The notes under the pieces were generated by a model. It ran no database searches. It was not told where the DNA came from and worked only from the letters and a program-made list of their open reading frames with translations. Below, piece by piece: positions 8,681-21,810 of a stretch of 34,788 nucleotides of DNA; position 1 is the stretch's first letter; the number at the start of each line of letters is the position of its first letter. A program made the position numbers and the translations under genes. The DNA comes from a virus (taxonomy: Duplodnaviria > Heunggongvirae > Uroviricota > Caudoviricetes): the IMG/VR virus record IMGVR_UViG_2897352509_000006; one strand, given 5' to 3'.

Positions 8681-9143
8681 TCCTCAGCGTAAAGCTTTCC
8701 TCGATATGGTGGCCTGGTCAGAAGGAACGGATAATGGGCTACAACCGACACGTAATCATGGTTATGACGTTATTGTCGGTGGAGAACTCTTCACTGATTA
8801 CTCCGATCACCCTCGCAAACTTGTCACGCTAAACCCGAAACTCAAATCAACAGCTGCAGGCCGTTATCAACTTCTTTCACGCTGGTGGGATGCTTACCGC
8901 AAGCAGCTTGGGCTGAAAGACTTCTCTCCAAAAAGCCAGGATGCTGTGGCATTGCAGCAGATTAAAGAGCGTGGCGCTTTACCGATGATTGATCGCGGCG
9001 ATATTCGTCAGGCTATCGATCGTTGCAGCAATATCTGGGCTTCACTGCCGGGCGCTGGTTACGGTCAGTATGAACATAAAATCGGTGACCTGATTGCCCG
9101 ATTTAAAGAGGCTGGTGGGGTGGTAAATGAGAGTGAGGTATGA
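8667..9143 (+). CDS. R: Endolysin R (lytic transglycosylase), lambda R-like
   Basis: [18 protein letters not shown]...[105 protein letters not shown] is near-identical to lambda R. Confidence 0.95.
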   Translation: MQNLNPQRKAFLDMVAWSEGTDNGLQPTRNHGYDVIVGGELFTDYSDHPRKLVTLNPKLKSTAAGRYQLLSRWWDAYRKQLGLKDFSPKSQDAVALQQIKERGALPMIDRGDIRQAIDRCSNIWASLPGAGYGQYEHKIGDLIARFKEAGGVVNESEV

Positions 9144-9604
9144 GCAGAATAACCGCGATTATCTCCGCTCTGCTTATCTGCATCATCGTCTGCCTGTCAT
9201 GGGCTGTTAATCATTACCGTGATAACGCCATTACCTACAAAGCCCAGCGCGACAAAAATGCCAGAGAACTGAAGCTGGCGAACGCGGCAATTACTGACAT
9301 GCAGATGCGTCAGCGTGATGTTGCTGCGCTCGATGCAAAATACACGAAGGAGTTAGCTGATGCGAAAGCTGAAAATGATGCTCTGCGTGATGATGTTGCC
9401 GCTGGTCGTCGTCGGTTGCACATCAAAGCAGTCTGTCAGTCAGTGCGTGAAGCCACCACCGCCTCCGGCGTGGATAATGCAGCCTCCCCCCGACTGGCAG
9501 ACACCGCTGAACGGGATTATTTCACCCTCCGGGAACGACTGGTAATGATGCAGGCCCAACTTGAAGGTGCTCAGCAATACATAACCGAGCAGTGTTTAAA
9601 GTAA
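9140..9604 (+). CDS. Rz: Inner-membrane spanin Rz
   Basis: [80 protein letters not shown]... matches lambda Rz. Confidence 0.95.
   Translation: MSRITAIISALLICIIVCLSWAVNHYRDNAITYKAQRDKNARELKLANAAITDMQMRQRDVAALDAKYTKELADAKAENDALRDDVAAGRRRLHIKAVCQSVREATTASGVDNAASPRLADTAERDYFTLRERLVMMQAQLEGAQQYITEQCLK
9360..9545 (+). CDS. Rz1: Outer-membrane lipoprotein spanin Rz1, embedded in the +1 frame of Rz
   Basis: [52 protein letters not shown], with a lipobox (VVGC) and Pro-rich tract as in lambda Rz1. Confidence 0.9.
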   Translation: MRKLKMMLCVMMLPLVVVGCTSKQSVSQCVKPPPPPAWIMQPPPDWQTPLNGIISPSGNDW

Positions 9605-9632
9605 TGCCCATATCGATGGGCAGCTCATGCAA

Positions 9633-9926
9633 TTATTGTGAGCAATACACACGCGCTTCCAGCGGAGTATAAATGCCTAAAGTAATAAAACCGAGCAATC
9701 CATTTACGAATGTTTGCTGGGTTTCTGTTTTAACAACATTTTCTGCGCCGCCACAAATTTTAGCTGCATCGACAGTTTTCTTCTGCCCAATTCCAGAGAC
9801 GAAGAAATGGTGGGTGATGGTTTCCTTTGGTGTTACTGCTGCCGGTTTGTTTTGAACAGTAAACGTCTGTTGGGCACATCCTGTAATAAGCAGGGCCAGC
9901 GCAGTAGCGAGTAGCATTTTTTTCAT
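9633..9926 (-). CDS. bor: Bor lipoprotein (serum-resistance-associated outer membrane lipoprotein)
   Basis: MKKMLLATALALLITGCAQQTFTVQNKPAAVTPKETITHHFFVSGIGQKKTVDAAKICGGAENVVKTETQQTFVNGLLGFITLGIYTPLEARVYCSQ matches lambda Bor; lipobox LITGC. Confidence 0.95.
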   Translation of the reverse strand: MKKMLLATALALLITGCAQQTFTVQNKPAAVTPKETITHHFFVSGIGQKKTVDAAKICGGAENVVKTETQQTFVNGLLGFITLGIYTPLEARVYCSQ

Positions 9927-10219
9927 GGTGTTATTCCCGATGCTTTTTAAAGTTCGCAGAATCGTATGTGTAGAAAATTAAACAAACCCTAAACAATGAG
10001 TTGAAATCTCATATTGTTAATATTTATTAATGTATGTCAGATGCGAAGGATCGTCACTGTATTCCCGGATTAACTATGTCCGCAGCCCTGACAGGGAAAC
10101 TCCTCTGCGGGAGTGTCCGGGAATAATTAATAACGATGCACACAGGGTTTAGCGCGTACACGTTTTTTATTAAACCAATGCAGTCCGGCTCAGGAGTGAG
10201 AGAAGCCGGACGTTATGGT

Positions 10220-10630
10220 TTAGCGTGGTAAGATCTGTGTAGTTTTCTGGATGCTTTCAGTAAATAGTAATGAATTATCAAAGGTATAGTAATATCTTTT
10301 TTGTTCGTGGATATTTGTAACCCACCGAAAAACTCCTGCTTTAGCAAGGTTTCTTCTGTATTCCTGAAATGTGATCTCTCTGGATTTCAGCTTATTAGAG
10401 GTCGTTTCTATAAGATGCCTATCCTTTGAAAATTTGACAGACACAATGTTTTTTAGGCCCTTTAATAACACTGTATTATCATTTTTTAATACAATATGAA
10501 CATTCTCTGTGGCTAAATAGTAAATGTAATGTGAGACATTGTGACGTTTTAGCTCAGAATAAAACCATTGATAGTTTAAATCGTTTCGAACTTTATCAAA
10601 TATTTGTTTAAAAATGACTACCTGATCCAT
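10220..10630 (-). CDS. ybcV: YbcV-like protein of unknown function (DUF1398 family)
   Basis: [59 protein letters not shown]... matches DLP12 YbcV from memory; start chosen at the second ATG (10630), which has a GAAGG Shine-Dalgarno; the ORF is open to 10645; visibly AT-rich. Confidence 0.75.
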
Positions 10631-10914
10631 AGATAAACCTTCCATGTGATATGAGGGGGCGTAGTCTGCACGATTATCTAAATTGCTTCAATCTGGTCTG
10701 ACCTGTTTTTGTTTTGTTGATGATTTATGTCAAATATTAGGAATGTTTTCAATTAATAGTATTGGTTGCGTAACAAAGTGCGGTCCTGCTGGCATTCTGG
10801 AGGGAAATACAACCGACAGATGTATGTAAGGCCAACGTGCTCAAATCTTCATACAGAAAGATTTGAAGTAATATTTTAACCGCTAGATGAAGAGCAAGCG
10901 CATGGAGCGACAAA

Positions 10915-11121
10915 ATGAATAAAGAACAATCTGCTGATGATCCCTCCGTGGATCTGATTCGTGTAAAAAATATGCTTAATAGCACCATTTCTATGAGTTA
11001 CCCTGATGTTGTAATTGCATGTATAGAACATAAGGTGTCTCTGGAAGCATTCAGGGCAATTGAGGCAGCGTTGGTGAAGCACGATAATAATATGAAGGAT
11101 TATTCCCTGGTGGTTGACTGA
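10915..11121 (+). CDS. ybcW: YbcW-like small protein of unknown function (68 aa)
   Basis: [68 protein letters not shown]; divergent from ybcV; GGAG upstream of the ATG. Confidence 0.65.
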
Positions 11122-11285
11122 TCACCATAACTGCTAATCATTCAAACTACTTAACCTGTGACAGAGCCAACACGCAGTCTGTCACTGTCAGGAAAGTGGT
11201 AAAACTGCAACTCAATTACTGCAATGCCCTCGTAATTAAGTGAATTTACAATATCGTCCTGTTCGGAGGGAAGAACGCAGTAATG

Positions 11286-11480
11286 TCACTCTTTTCTTTG
11301 TTTTGCTTCAGAAGAAACTCTTTTTTCTGAGCACAGTCTCCGGCGGCAGGCTTCAATGACCCAGGCTGAGAAATTCCCGGACCCTTTTTGCTCAAGAGCG
11401 ATGTTAATTTGTTCAATCATTTGGTTAGGAAAGCGGATGTTGCGGGTTGTTGTTCTGCGGGTTCTGTTCTTCGTTGACAT
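11286..11480 (-). CDS. ylcI: YlcI-like small basic protein (DUF3950-type; possible ribbon-helix-helix-like DNA binder)
   Basis: MSTKNRTRRTTTRNIRFPNQMIEQINIALEQKGSGNFSAWVIEACRRRLCSEKR; basic N-terminus followed by a pattern resembling Arc/MetJ-type RHH proteins (inference only). Confidence 0.55.
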   Translation of the reverse strand: MSTKNRTRRTTTRNIRFPNQMIEQINIALEQKGSGNFSAWVIEACRRRLCSEKRVSSEAKQRKE

Positions 11481-11649
11481 GAGGTTGCCCCGTATTCAGT
11501 GTCGCTGATTTGTATTGTCTGAAGTTGTTTTTACGTTAAGTTGATGCAGATCAATTAATACGATACCTGCGTCATAATTGATTATTTGACGTGGTTTGAT
11601 GGCCTCCACGCACGTTGTGATATGTAGATGATAATCATTATCACTTTAC

Positions 11650-11870
11650 GGGTCCTTTCCGGTGATCCGACAGGTTACGGGGCGGCGACCTCGCGGGTTT
11701 TCGCTATTTATGAAAATTTTCCGGTTTAAGGTGTTTCCGTTCTTCTTCGTCGTAACTTAATGTTTTTATTTAAAATACCCCCTGAAAAGAAAGGAAACGA
11801 CAGGTGCTGAAAGCGAGCTTTTTGGCCTCTGTCGTTTCCTTTCTCTGTTTTTGTCCGTGGAATGAGCAAT
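11650..11870 (+). other. cos: Lambda-type cos site: cosQ, cosN (12-nt cohesive end GGGCGGCGACCT at 11680-11691) and cosB, immediately upstream of Nu1
   Basis: Sequence ...cgggtcctttccggtgatccgacaggttacg | gggcggcgacctcgcgggttttcgctatttatgaaaattttccggtttaagg... matches the lambda right end joined to the lambda left end as I recall them. Confidence 0.9.
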
Positions 11871-12387
11871 GGAAGTCAACAAAAAGCAGCTGGCTGACAT
11901 TTTCGGTGCGAGTATCCGTACCATTCAGAACTGGCAGGAACAGGGAATGCCCGTTCTGCGAGGCGGTGGCAAGGGTAATGAGGTGCTTTATGACTCTGCC
12001 GCCGTTATAAAATGGTATGCCGAAAGGGATGCTGAAATTGAGAACGAAAAGCTGCGCCGGGAGGTTGAAGAACTGCGGCAGGCCAGCGAGGCAGATCTCC
12101 AGCCAGGGACTATGAGTACGAACGCCATCGACTTACGCGTGCGCAGGCCGACGCACAGGAACTGAAGAATGCCAGAGACTCCGCTGAAGTGGTGGAAACC
12201 GCATTCTGTACTTTCGTGTTGTCGCGGATCGCAGGTGAAATTGCCAGTATTCTCGACGGGATTCCCCTGTCGGTGCAGCGGCGTTTTCCGGAACTGGAAA
12301 ACCGACATGTTGATTTCCTGAAACGGGATATCATCAAAGCCATGAACAAAGCAGCCGCGCTGGATGAACTGATACCGGGGTTGCTGA

Positions 12388-12413
<26 letters not shown>
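11869..12413 (+). pseudogene. nu1: Terminase small subunit Nu1, disrupted by an apparent 1-bp deletion near 12110-12114
   Basis: ORF 11869-12165 encodes the Nu1 N-terminus (MEVNKKQLADIFGASIRTIQNWQEQGMPVLRGGGKGNEVLYDSAAVIKWYAERDAEIENEKLRREVEELRQASEADLQPGT) then runs out of frame; ORF 12189-12413 in another frame encodes the Nu1 C-terminus (VVETAFCTFVLSRIAGEIASILDGIPLSVQRRFPELENRHVDFLKRDIIKAMNKAAALDELIPGLLSEYIEQSG). Confidence 0.8.
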
Positions 12414-16094
<3,681 letters not shown>

Positions 16095-16114
<20 letters not shown>

Positions 16115-17414
16115 TCTCCCGCATATTGCCAGTATGGCCTTTAATGAGCCGCTGATGCTTGAACCCGCCTATGCGCGGGTTTTCTTTTGTGCGCTTGCAG
16201 GCCAGCTTGGGATCAGCCGCCTGACGGATGCAGTATCCGGCGACAGCCTGACTGCCGGAGAGGCACCCGCGGCGCTGGCGTTATCCGGTGATGATGACGG
16301 ACCACGACAGGCCCGGAGTTATCAGGTCATGAACGGCATCGCCGTGCTGCCGGTGTCCGGTACGCTGGTCAGCCGGACGCGGGCGCTGCAGCCGTATTCG
16401 GGAATGACCGGTTACAACGGCATTATCGCCCGTCTGCAACAGGCTGCCAGCGATCCGATGGTGGACGGCATTCTGCTCGATATGGACACACCGGGCGGGA
16501 TGGTGGCGGGAGCATTTGACTGTGCTGACATCATCGCCCGTGTGCGAGACATAAAACCGGTATGGGCGCTGGCCAACGACATGAACTGCAGTGCAGGTCA
16601 GCTGCTTGCCAGCGCCGCCTCCCGGCGTCTGGTCACGCAGACCGCCCGGACAGGCTCCATCGGCGTCATGATGGCTCACAGTAATTACGGTGCTGCCCTG
16701 GAGAAACAGGGCGTGGAAATCACGCTGATTTACAGCGGCAGCCATAAGGTGGATGGCAACCCCTACAGCCATCTACCGGGTGATGTCCGGGAAACACTGC
16801 AGTCCCGGATGGATGCAACCCGCCGGATGTTTGCGCAGAAGGTGTCGGCATATACCGGCCTGTCCGTGCAGGCTGTGCTGGATACCGAGGCTGCAGTGTA
16901 CAGCGGTCAGGAGGCCATTGATGCCGGACTGGCTGATGAACTTGTCAACAGCACCGATGCGATCACCGTTATGCGTGATGCACTGGATGCACGTAAATCC
17001 CGTCTCTCAGGAGGGCGAATGACCAAAGAGACTCAATCAACAACTGTTTCAGCCACTGCTTCGCAGGCTGACGTTACTGGCGTGGTGCCAGCGACGGAGG
17101 GCGAAAACGCCAGCGCGGCGCAGCCGGACGTGAACGCGCAGATCACCGCTGCGGTTGCGGCAGAAAACAGCCGCATTATGGGGATCCTCAACTGTGAGGA
17201 GGCTCACGGACGCGAAGAACAGGCCCGCGTGCTGGCAGAAACCCCCGGTATGACCGTGGAAACGGCCCGCCGCATTCTGGCCGCAGCACCACAGAGTGCA
17301 CAGGCGCGCAGTGATACTGCGCTGGATCGTCTGATGCAGGGGGCACCGGCACCGCTGGCTGCAGGTAACCCGGCATCTGATGCCGTTAACGATTTGCTGA
17401 ACACACCAGTGTAA
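16095..17414 (+). CDS. C: Head maturation protease C (439 aa; GTG start overlapping the end of B by 20 nt, as in lambda)
   Basis: TAELRNLPHIASMAFNEPLMLEPAYARVFFCALAG... matches lambda gpC; the six-frame ORF from 15960 is an upstream extension. Confidence 0.9.
16809..17414 (+). CDS. nu3: Scaffolding protein Nu3, in-frame internal start within C
   Basis: ATG at 16809 in the C frame gives MDATRRMFAQKVSAYTGLSVQ..., the lambda Nu3 arrangement. Confidence 0.8.
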   Translation: MDATRRMFAQKVSAYTGLSVQAVLDTEAAVYSGQEAIDAGLADELVNSTDAITVMRDALDARKSRLSGGRMTKETQSTTVSATASQADVTGVVPATEGENASAAQPDVNAQITAAVAAENSRIMGILNCEEAHGREEQARVLAETPGMTVETARRILAAAPQSAQARSDTALDRLMQGAPAPLAAGNPASDAVNDLLNTPV

Positions 17415-17423
17415 GGGATGTTT

Positions 17424-17756
17424 ATGACGAGCAAAGAAACCTTTACCCATTACCAGCCGCTGGGCAACAGTGACCCGGCTCATACCGCAACCGCGCCCGG
17501 CGGATTGAGTGCGAAAGCGCCTGCAATGACCCCGCTGATGCTGGACACCTCCAGCCGTAAGCTGGTTGCGTGGGATGGCACCACCGACGGTGCTGCCGTT
17601 GGCATTCTTGCGGTTGCTGCTGACCAGACCAGCACCACGCTGACGTTCTACAAGTCCGGCACGTTCCGTTATGAGGATGTGCTCTGGCCGGAGGCTGCCA
17701 GCGACGAGACGAAAAAACGGACCGCGTTTGCCGGAACGGCAATCAGCATCGTTTAA
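17424..17756 (+). CDS. D: Head decoration protein D (110 aa)
   Basis: [110 protein letters not shown] matches lambda gpD. Confidence 0.95.
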   Translation: MTSKETFTHYQPLGNSDPAHTATAPGGLSAKAPAMTPLMLDTSSRKLVAWDGTTDGAAVGILAVAADQTSTTLTFYKSGTFRYEDVLWPEAASDETKKRTAFAGTAISIV

Positions 17757-17777
17757 CCTGACCCTTCATCACTAAAG

Positions 17778-17798
17778 GCCGCCTGTGCGGCTTTTTTT
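17778..17798 (+). terminator. GC hairpin (gccgc / ctgt / gcggc) followed by a run of seven T between D and E; terminator-like or attenuator structure
   Basis: Directly visible stem-loop plus T-run; function in a Q-antiterminated late operon is uncertain. Confidence 0.4.
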
Positions 17799-17811
17799 AC
17801 GGGATTTTTTT

Positions 17812-18837
17812 ATGTCGATATACACAACCGCCCAGCTGCTGGCGGCAAATGAGCAGAAATTTAAGTTTGATCCGCTGTTTCTGCGTCTCTTTTTCCGTGA
17901 GAGCTATCCCTTCACCACGGAGAAAGTCTATCTCTCACAAATTCCGGGACTGGTATGCATGGCGCTGTACGTTTCGCCGATTGTTTCTGGTGAGGTTATC
18001 CGTTCCCGTGGCGGCTCCACCTCTGAATTTACGCCGGGATATGTCAAGCCGAAGCATGAAGTGAATCCGCAGATGACCCTGCGTCGCCTGCCGGATGAAG
18101 ATCCGCAGAATCTGGCGGACCCGGCTTACCGCCGCCGTCGCATCATCATGCAGAACATGCGTGACGAAGAGCTGGCCATTGCTCAGGTCGAAGAGATGCA
18201 GGCAGTTTCTGCCGTGCTCAAGGGCAAATACACCATGACCGGTGAAGCCTTCGATCCGGTTGAGGTGGATATGGGCCGCAGTGCGGCGAACAACATCACG
18301 CAGTCCGGCGGCACGGAGTGGAGCAAGCGTGACAAGTCCACGTATGACCCGACCGACGATATCGAAGCCTACGCGCTGAACGCCAGCGGCGTGGTGAATA
18401 TCATCGTGTTTGACCCGAAAGGCTGGGCGCTGTTCCGTTCCTTCAAAGCCGTCAGGGAGAAGCTGGATACCCGTCGCGGCTCTCATTCCGAACTGGAGAC
18501 AGCGGTAAAAGACCTGGGCAAAGCGGTGTCTTATAAGGGAATGTATGGCGATGTGGCCATCGTCGTGTATTCCGGACAGTACGTGGAAAACGGCGTCAAA
18601 AAGAACTTCCTGCCGGACAACACGATGGTGCTGGGGAACACTCAGGCCAAATTCCGGGACTGGTATGGCTGTATTCAGGATGCGGATGCATTGAGTGAGG
18701 GTATTAATGCGTCTCCCCGTTATCCGAAAAACTGGAAGACATCCGGCGATCCGGCGCGAGAGTTCACCATGATTCAGTCAGCACCGCTGATGCTGCTGGC
18801 TGATCCTGATGAGTTCGTGGCCGTTCAACTGGCGTAA
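17812..18837 (+). CDS. E: Major capsid protein E (341 aa)
   Basis: MSIYTTAQLLAANEQKFKFDPLFLRLFFRESYPFTTEKVYLSQIPGLV... matches lambda gpE; start at ATG 17812, not the upstream ORF extension. Confidence 0.97.
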   Translation: MSIYTTAQLLAANEQKFKFDPLFLRLFFRESYPFTTEKVYLSQIPGLVCMALYVSPIVSGEVIRSRGGSTSEFTPGYVKPKHEVNPQMTLRRLPDEDPQNLADPAYRRRRIIMQNMRDEELAIAQVEEMQAVSAVLKGKYTMTGEAFDPVEVDMGRSAANNITQSGGTEWSKRDKSTYDPTDDIEAYALNASGVVNIIVFDPKGWALFRSFKAVREKLDTRRGSHSELETAVKDLGKAVSYKGMYGDVAIVVYSGQYVENGVKKNFLPDNTMVLGNTQAKFRDWYGCIQDADALSEGINASPRYPKNWKTSGDPAREFTMIQSAPLMLLADPDEFVAVQLA

Positions 18838-18839
18838 TC

Positions 18840-18866
18840 ATGGCCCTTCGGGGCCATTTTCTCTCT
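18840..18866 (+). terminator. Hairpin (atggccc / ttcg / gggccat) followed by a T/C-rich run between E and FI
   Basis: Perfect 7-bp stem with a tetraloop directly after the E stop codon. Confidence 0.4.
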
Positions 18867-18878
18867 GTGGAGGAGTCC

Positions 18879-19277
18879 ATGACGAAAGATGAACTGATTG
18901 CCCGTCTCCGCTCGCTGGGTGAACAACTGAACCGTGATGTCAGCCTGACGGGGACGAAAGAAGAACTGGCGCTCCGTGTGGCAGAGCTGGAAGAGGAGCT
19001 TGATGACACGGATGAAACTGCCGGTCAGGACACCCCTCTCAGCCGGGAAAATGCGCTGACCGGACATGAAAATGAGGTGGGATCAGCGCAGCCGGATACC
19101 GTGATTCTGGATACGTCTGAACTGGTCACGGTCGTGGCACTGGTGAAGCTGCATACTGATGCACTTCACGCCACGCGGGATGAACCTGTGGCATTTGTGC
19201 TGCCGGGAACGGCGTTTCGTGTCTCTGCCGGTGTGGCAGCCGAAATGACAGAGCGCGGCCTGGCCAGAATGCAATAA
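18879..19277 (+). CDS. FI: DNA-packaging protein FI (132 aa)
   Basis: MTKDELIARLRSLGEQLNRDVSLTGTKEELALRVAELEEELDDTDETAGQDTPLSREN... matches lambda gpFI. Confidence 0.95.
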   Translation: MTKDELIARLRSLGEQLNRDVSLTGTKEELALRVAELEEELDDTDETAGQDTPLSRENALTGHENEVGSAQPDTVILDTSELVTVVALVKLHTDALHATRDEPVAFVLPGTAFRVSAGVAAEMTERGLARMQ

Positions 19278-19288
19278 CGGGAGGCGCT

Positions 19289-19642
19289 GTGGCTGATTTC
19301 GATAACCTGTTCGATGCTGCCATTGCCCGCGCCGATGAAACGATACGCGGGTACATGGGAACGTCAGCCACCATGACATCCGGTGAGCAGTCAGGTGCGG
19401 TGATACGTGGTGTTTTTGATGACCCTGAAAATATCAGCTATGCCGGACAGGGCGTGCGCGTTGAAGGCTCCAGCCCGTCCCTGTTTGTCCGGACTGATGA
19501 GGTGCGGCAGCTGCGGCGTGGAGACACGCTGACCATCGGTGAGGAAAATTTCTGGGTAGATCGGGTTTCGCCGGATGATGGCGGAAGTTGTCATCTCTGG
19601 CTTGGACGGGGCGTACCGCCTGCCGTTAACCGTCGCCGCTGA
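19289..19642 (+). CDS. FII: Head-tail connector protein FII (117 aa)
   Basis: MADFDNLFDAAIARADETIRGYMGTSATMTSGEQSGAVIRGVFDDPENISYAGQGVRVEGSSPSLFVRTDEVRQLRRGDTLTIGEENFWVDRVSPDDGGSCHLWLGRGVPPAVNRRR matches lambda gpFII. Confidence 0.95.
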   Translation: MADFDNLFDAAIARADETIRGYMGTSATMTSGEQSGAVIRGVFDDPENISYAGQGVRVEGSSPSLFVRTDEVRQLRRGDTLTIGEENFWVDRVSPDDGGSCHLWLGRGVPPAVNRRR

Positions 19643-19653
19643 AAGGGGGATGT

Positions 19654-20232
19654 ATGGCCATAAAAGGTCTTGAGCAGGCCGTTGAAAACCTCAGCCGTAT
19701 CAGCAAAACGGCGGTGCCCGGTGCCGCCGCAATGGCCATTAACCGCGTTGCTTCATCCGCGATATCGCAGTCGGCGTCACAGGTTGCCCGTGAGACAAGA
19801 GTACGCCGGAAACTGGTAAAGGAAAGGGCCAGGCTGAAAAGGGCCACGGTTAAAAATCCGCAGGCCAGAATCAAGGTTAACCGGGGGGATTTGCCCGTAA
19901 TCAAGCTGGGTAACGCGCGGGTTGTCCTGTCCCGACGCAGGCGTCGTAAAAAGGGGCAGCGTTCATCCCTGAAAGGTGGCGGCAGCGTGCTTGTGGTGGG
20001 AAACCGTCGTATTCCCGGCGCGTTTATTCAGCAACTGAAAAATGGCCGGTGGCATGTCATGCAGCGTGTGGCCGGGAAAAACCGTTACCCCATTGATGTG
20101 GTGAAAATCCCGATGGCGGTGCCGCTGACCACGGCGTTTAAACAGAATATTGAGCGGATACGGCGTGAACGTCTTCCGAAAGAGCTGGGCTATGCGCTGC
20201 AGCATCAACTGAGAATGGTAATAAAGCGATGA
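19654..20232 (+). CDS. Z: Tail completion protein Z (192 aa)
   Basis: Length, position and sequence match lambda gpZ. Confidence 0.95.
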   Translation: MAIKGLEQAVENLSRISKTAVPGAAAMAINRVASSAISQSASQVARETRVRRKLVKERARLKRATVKNPQARIKVNRGDLPVIKLGNARVVLSRRRRRKKGQRSSLKGGGSVLVVGNRRIPGAFIQQLKNGRWHVMQRVAGKNRYPIDVVKIPMAVPLTTAFKQNIERIRRERLPKELGYALQHQLRMVIKR

Positions 20233-20624
20233 AACATACTGAACTCCGTGCAGCCGTACTGGATGCACTGGAGAAGCATGACACCGGGGCGACGTTTTTT
20301 GATGGTCGCCCCGCTGTTTTTGATGAGGCGGATTTTCCGGCAGTTGCCGTTTATCTCACCGGCGCTGAATACACGGGCGAAGAGCTGGACAGCGATACCT
20401 GGCAGGCGGAGCTGCATATCGAAGTTTTCCTGCCTGCTCAGGTGCCGGATTCAGAGCTGGATGCGTGGATGGAGTCCCGGATTTATCCGGTGATGAGCGA
20501 TATCCCGGCACTATCAGATTTGATCACCAGTATGGTGGCCAGTGGCTATGACTACCGGCGCGACGATGATGCGGGCCTGTGGAGTTCAGCCGATCTGACT
20601 TATGTCATTACCTATGAAATGTGA
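20229..20624 (+). CDS. U: Tail terminator protein U (131 aa)
   Basis: [131 protein letters not shown] matches lambda gpU. Confidence 0.95.
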   Translation: MKHTELRAAVLDALEKHDTGATFFDGRPAVFDEADFPAVAVYLTGAEYTGEELDSDTWQAELHIEVFLPAQVPDSELDAWMESRIYPVMSDIPALSDLITSMVASGYDYRRDDDAGLWSSADLTYVITYEM

Positions 20625-20631
20625 GGACGAT

Positions 20632-21372
20632 ATGCCAACACCAAATCCTCTGGCACCGGTGAAAGGGGCCGGGACCACACTGTGGGTTTATAACGGGAAC
20701 GGCGACCCATATGCAAACCCGCTTTCAGACAATGACTGGTCGCGTCTGGCAAAGGTTAAAGACCTGACGCCCGGCGAACTGACCGCTGAGTCCTATGACG
20801 ACAGTTATCTCGATGATGAAGATGCGGACTGGGCCGCGACCGGACAGGGGCAGAAATCCGCTGGAGATACCAGCTTCACGCTGGCGTGGATGCCCGGAGA
20901 GCAGGGGCAGCAGGCGCTGCTGGCGTGGTTTAATGAAGGTGATACCCGTGCCTATAAAATCCGCTTCCCGAACGGCACGGTCGATGTGTTCCGCGGCTGG
21001 GTCAGCAGTATCGGTAAGGCGGTGACGGCGAAGGAAGTGATCACCCGCACGGTGAAAGTCACCAACGTGGGACGTCCGTCGATGGCAGAAGATCGCAGCA
21101 CGGTAACAGCGGCAACCGGCATGACCGTGACGCCTGCCAGCACCTCGGTGGTGAAAGGGCAGAGCACGACGCTGACCGTGGCATTCCAGCCGGAAGGCGC
21201 AACCGACAAGAGCTTCCGTGCGGTGTCTGCGGATAAAACAAAAGCCACCGTGTCGGTCAGTGGTATGACCATCACCGTGAAAGGTGTTGCTGCAGGCAAG
21301 GTCAACATTCCGGTCGTATCCGGTAATGGTGAGTTTGCTGCGGTTGCAGAAATCAACGTCACCGCCAGTTAA
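20632..21372 (+). CDS. V: Major tail tube protein V (246 aa, including the C-terminal Ig-like domain)
   Basis: [33 protein letters not shown]...NVTAS matches lambda gpV; start at ATG 20632 with GAGGA upstream. Confidence 0.95.
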   Translation: MPTPNPLAPVKGAGTTLWVYNGNGDPYANPLSDNDWSRLAKVKDLTPGELTAESYDDSYLDDEDADWAATGQGQKSAGDTSFTLAWMPGEQGQQALLAWFNEGDTRAYKIRFPNGTVDVFRGWVSSIGKAVTAKEVITRTVKVTNVGRPSMAEDRSTVTAATGMTVTPASTSVVKGQSTTLTVAFQPEGATDKSFRAVSADKTKATVSVSGMTITVKGVAAGKVNIPVVSGNGEFAAVAEINVTAS

Positions 21373-21387
21373 TCCGGAGAATCAGCG

Positions 21388-21810
21388 ATGTTCCTGAAAA
21401 CCGAATCATTTGAACATAACGGCGTGACCGTCACGCTTTCTGAACTGTCAGCCCTGCAGCGTATTGAGCATCTCGCCCTGATGAAACGGCAGGCAGAACA
21501 GGCGGAGTCAGACAGCAACCGGAAGTTTACTGTGGAAGACGCCATCAGAACCGGCGCTTTTGTGGTGGCGATGTCCCTGTGGCATAACCATCCGAAGAAG
21601 ACGCAGATGCCGTCCATGAATGAAGCCGTTAAACAGATTGAGCAGGAAGTGCTTACCACCTGGCCCGCGGAGGCAATTTCTCATGCTGAAAACGTGGTGT
21701 ACCGGCTGTCCGGTATGTATGAGTTTGTGGTGAATGATGCCCCTGAACAGGCAGAGGACGCCGGGCCTGCAGAGCCTGTTTCTGCGGGAAAGTGTTCGAC
21801 GGTGAGCTGA
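21388..21810 (+). CDS. G: Tail assembly chaperone G (140 aa)
   Basis: MFLKTESFEHNGVTVTLSELSALQRIEHLALMKRQAEQAESDSNRKFTVEDAIRTGAF... matches lambda gpG. Confidence 0.95.
   Translation: MFLKTESFEHNGVTVTLSELSALQRIEHLALMKRQAEQAESDSNRKFTVEDAIRTGAFVVAMSLWHNHPKKTQMPSMNEAVKQIEQEVLTTWPAEAISHAENVVYRLSGMYEFVVNDAPEQAEDAGPAEPVSAGKCSTVS
21786..21792 (+). promoter_or_regulatory. Programmed -1 ribosomal frameshift slippery heptamer GGGAAAG at the 3' end of G, producing the G-T fusion
   Basis: Heptamer gggaaag located where the G and T frames overlap; this is the lambda G/GT slippery sequence. Confidence 0.85.

Noticed and set aside
9673-9914. Plus-strand ORFs of 60 and 66 aa overlapping bor
   Set aside because: Antisense to the recognisable Bor lipoprotein gene.
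17935-18486. 183-aa minus-strand ORF inside the major capsid gene E
   Set aside because: Antisense to an intact, lambda-identical E gene.
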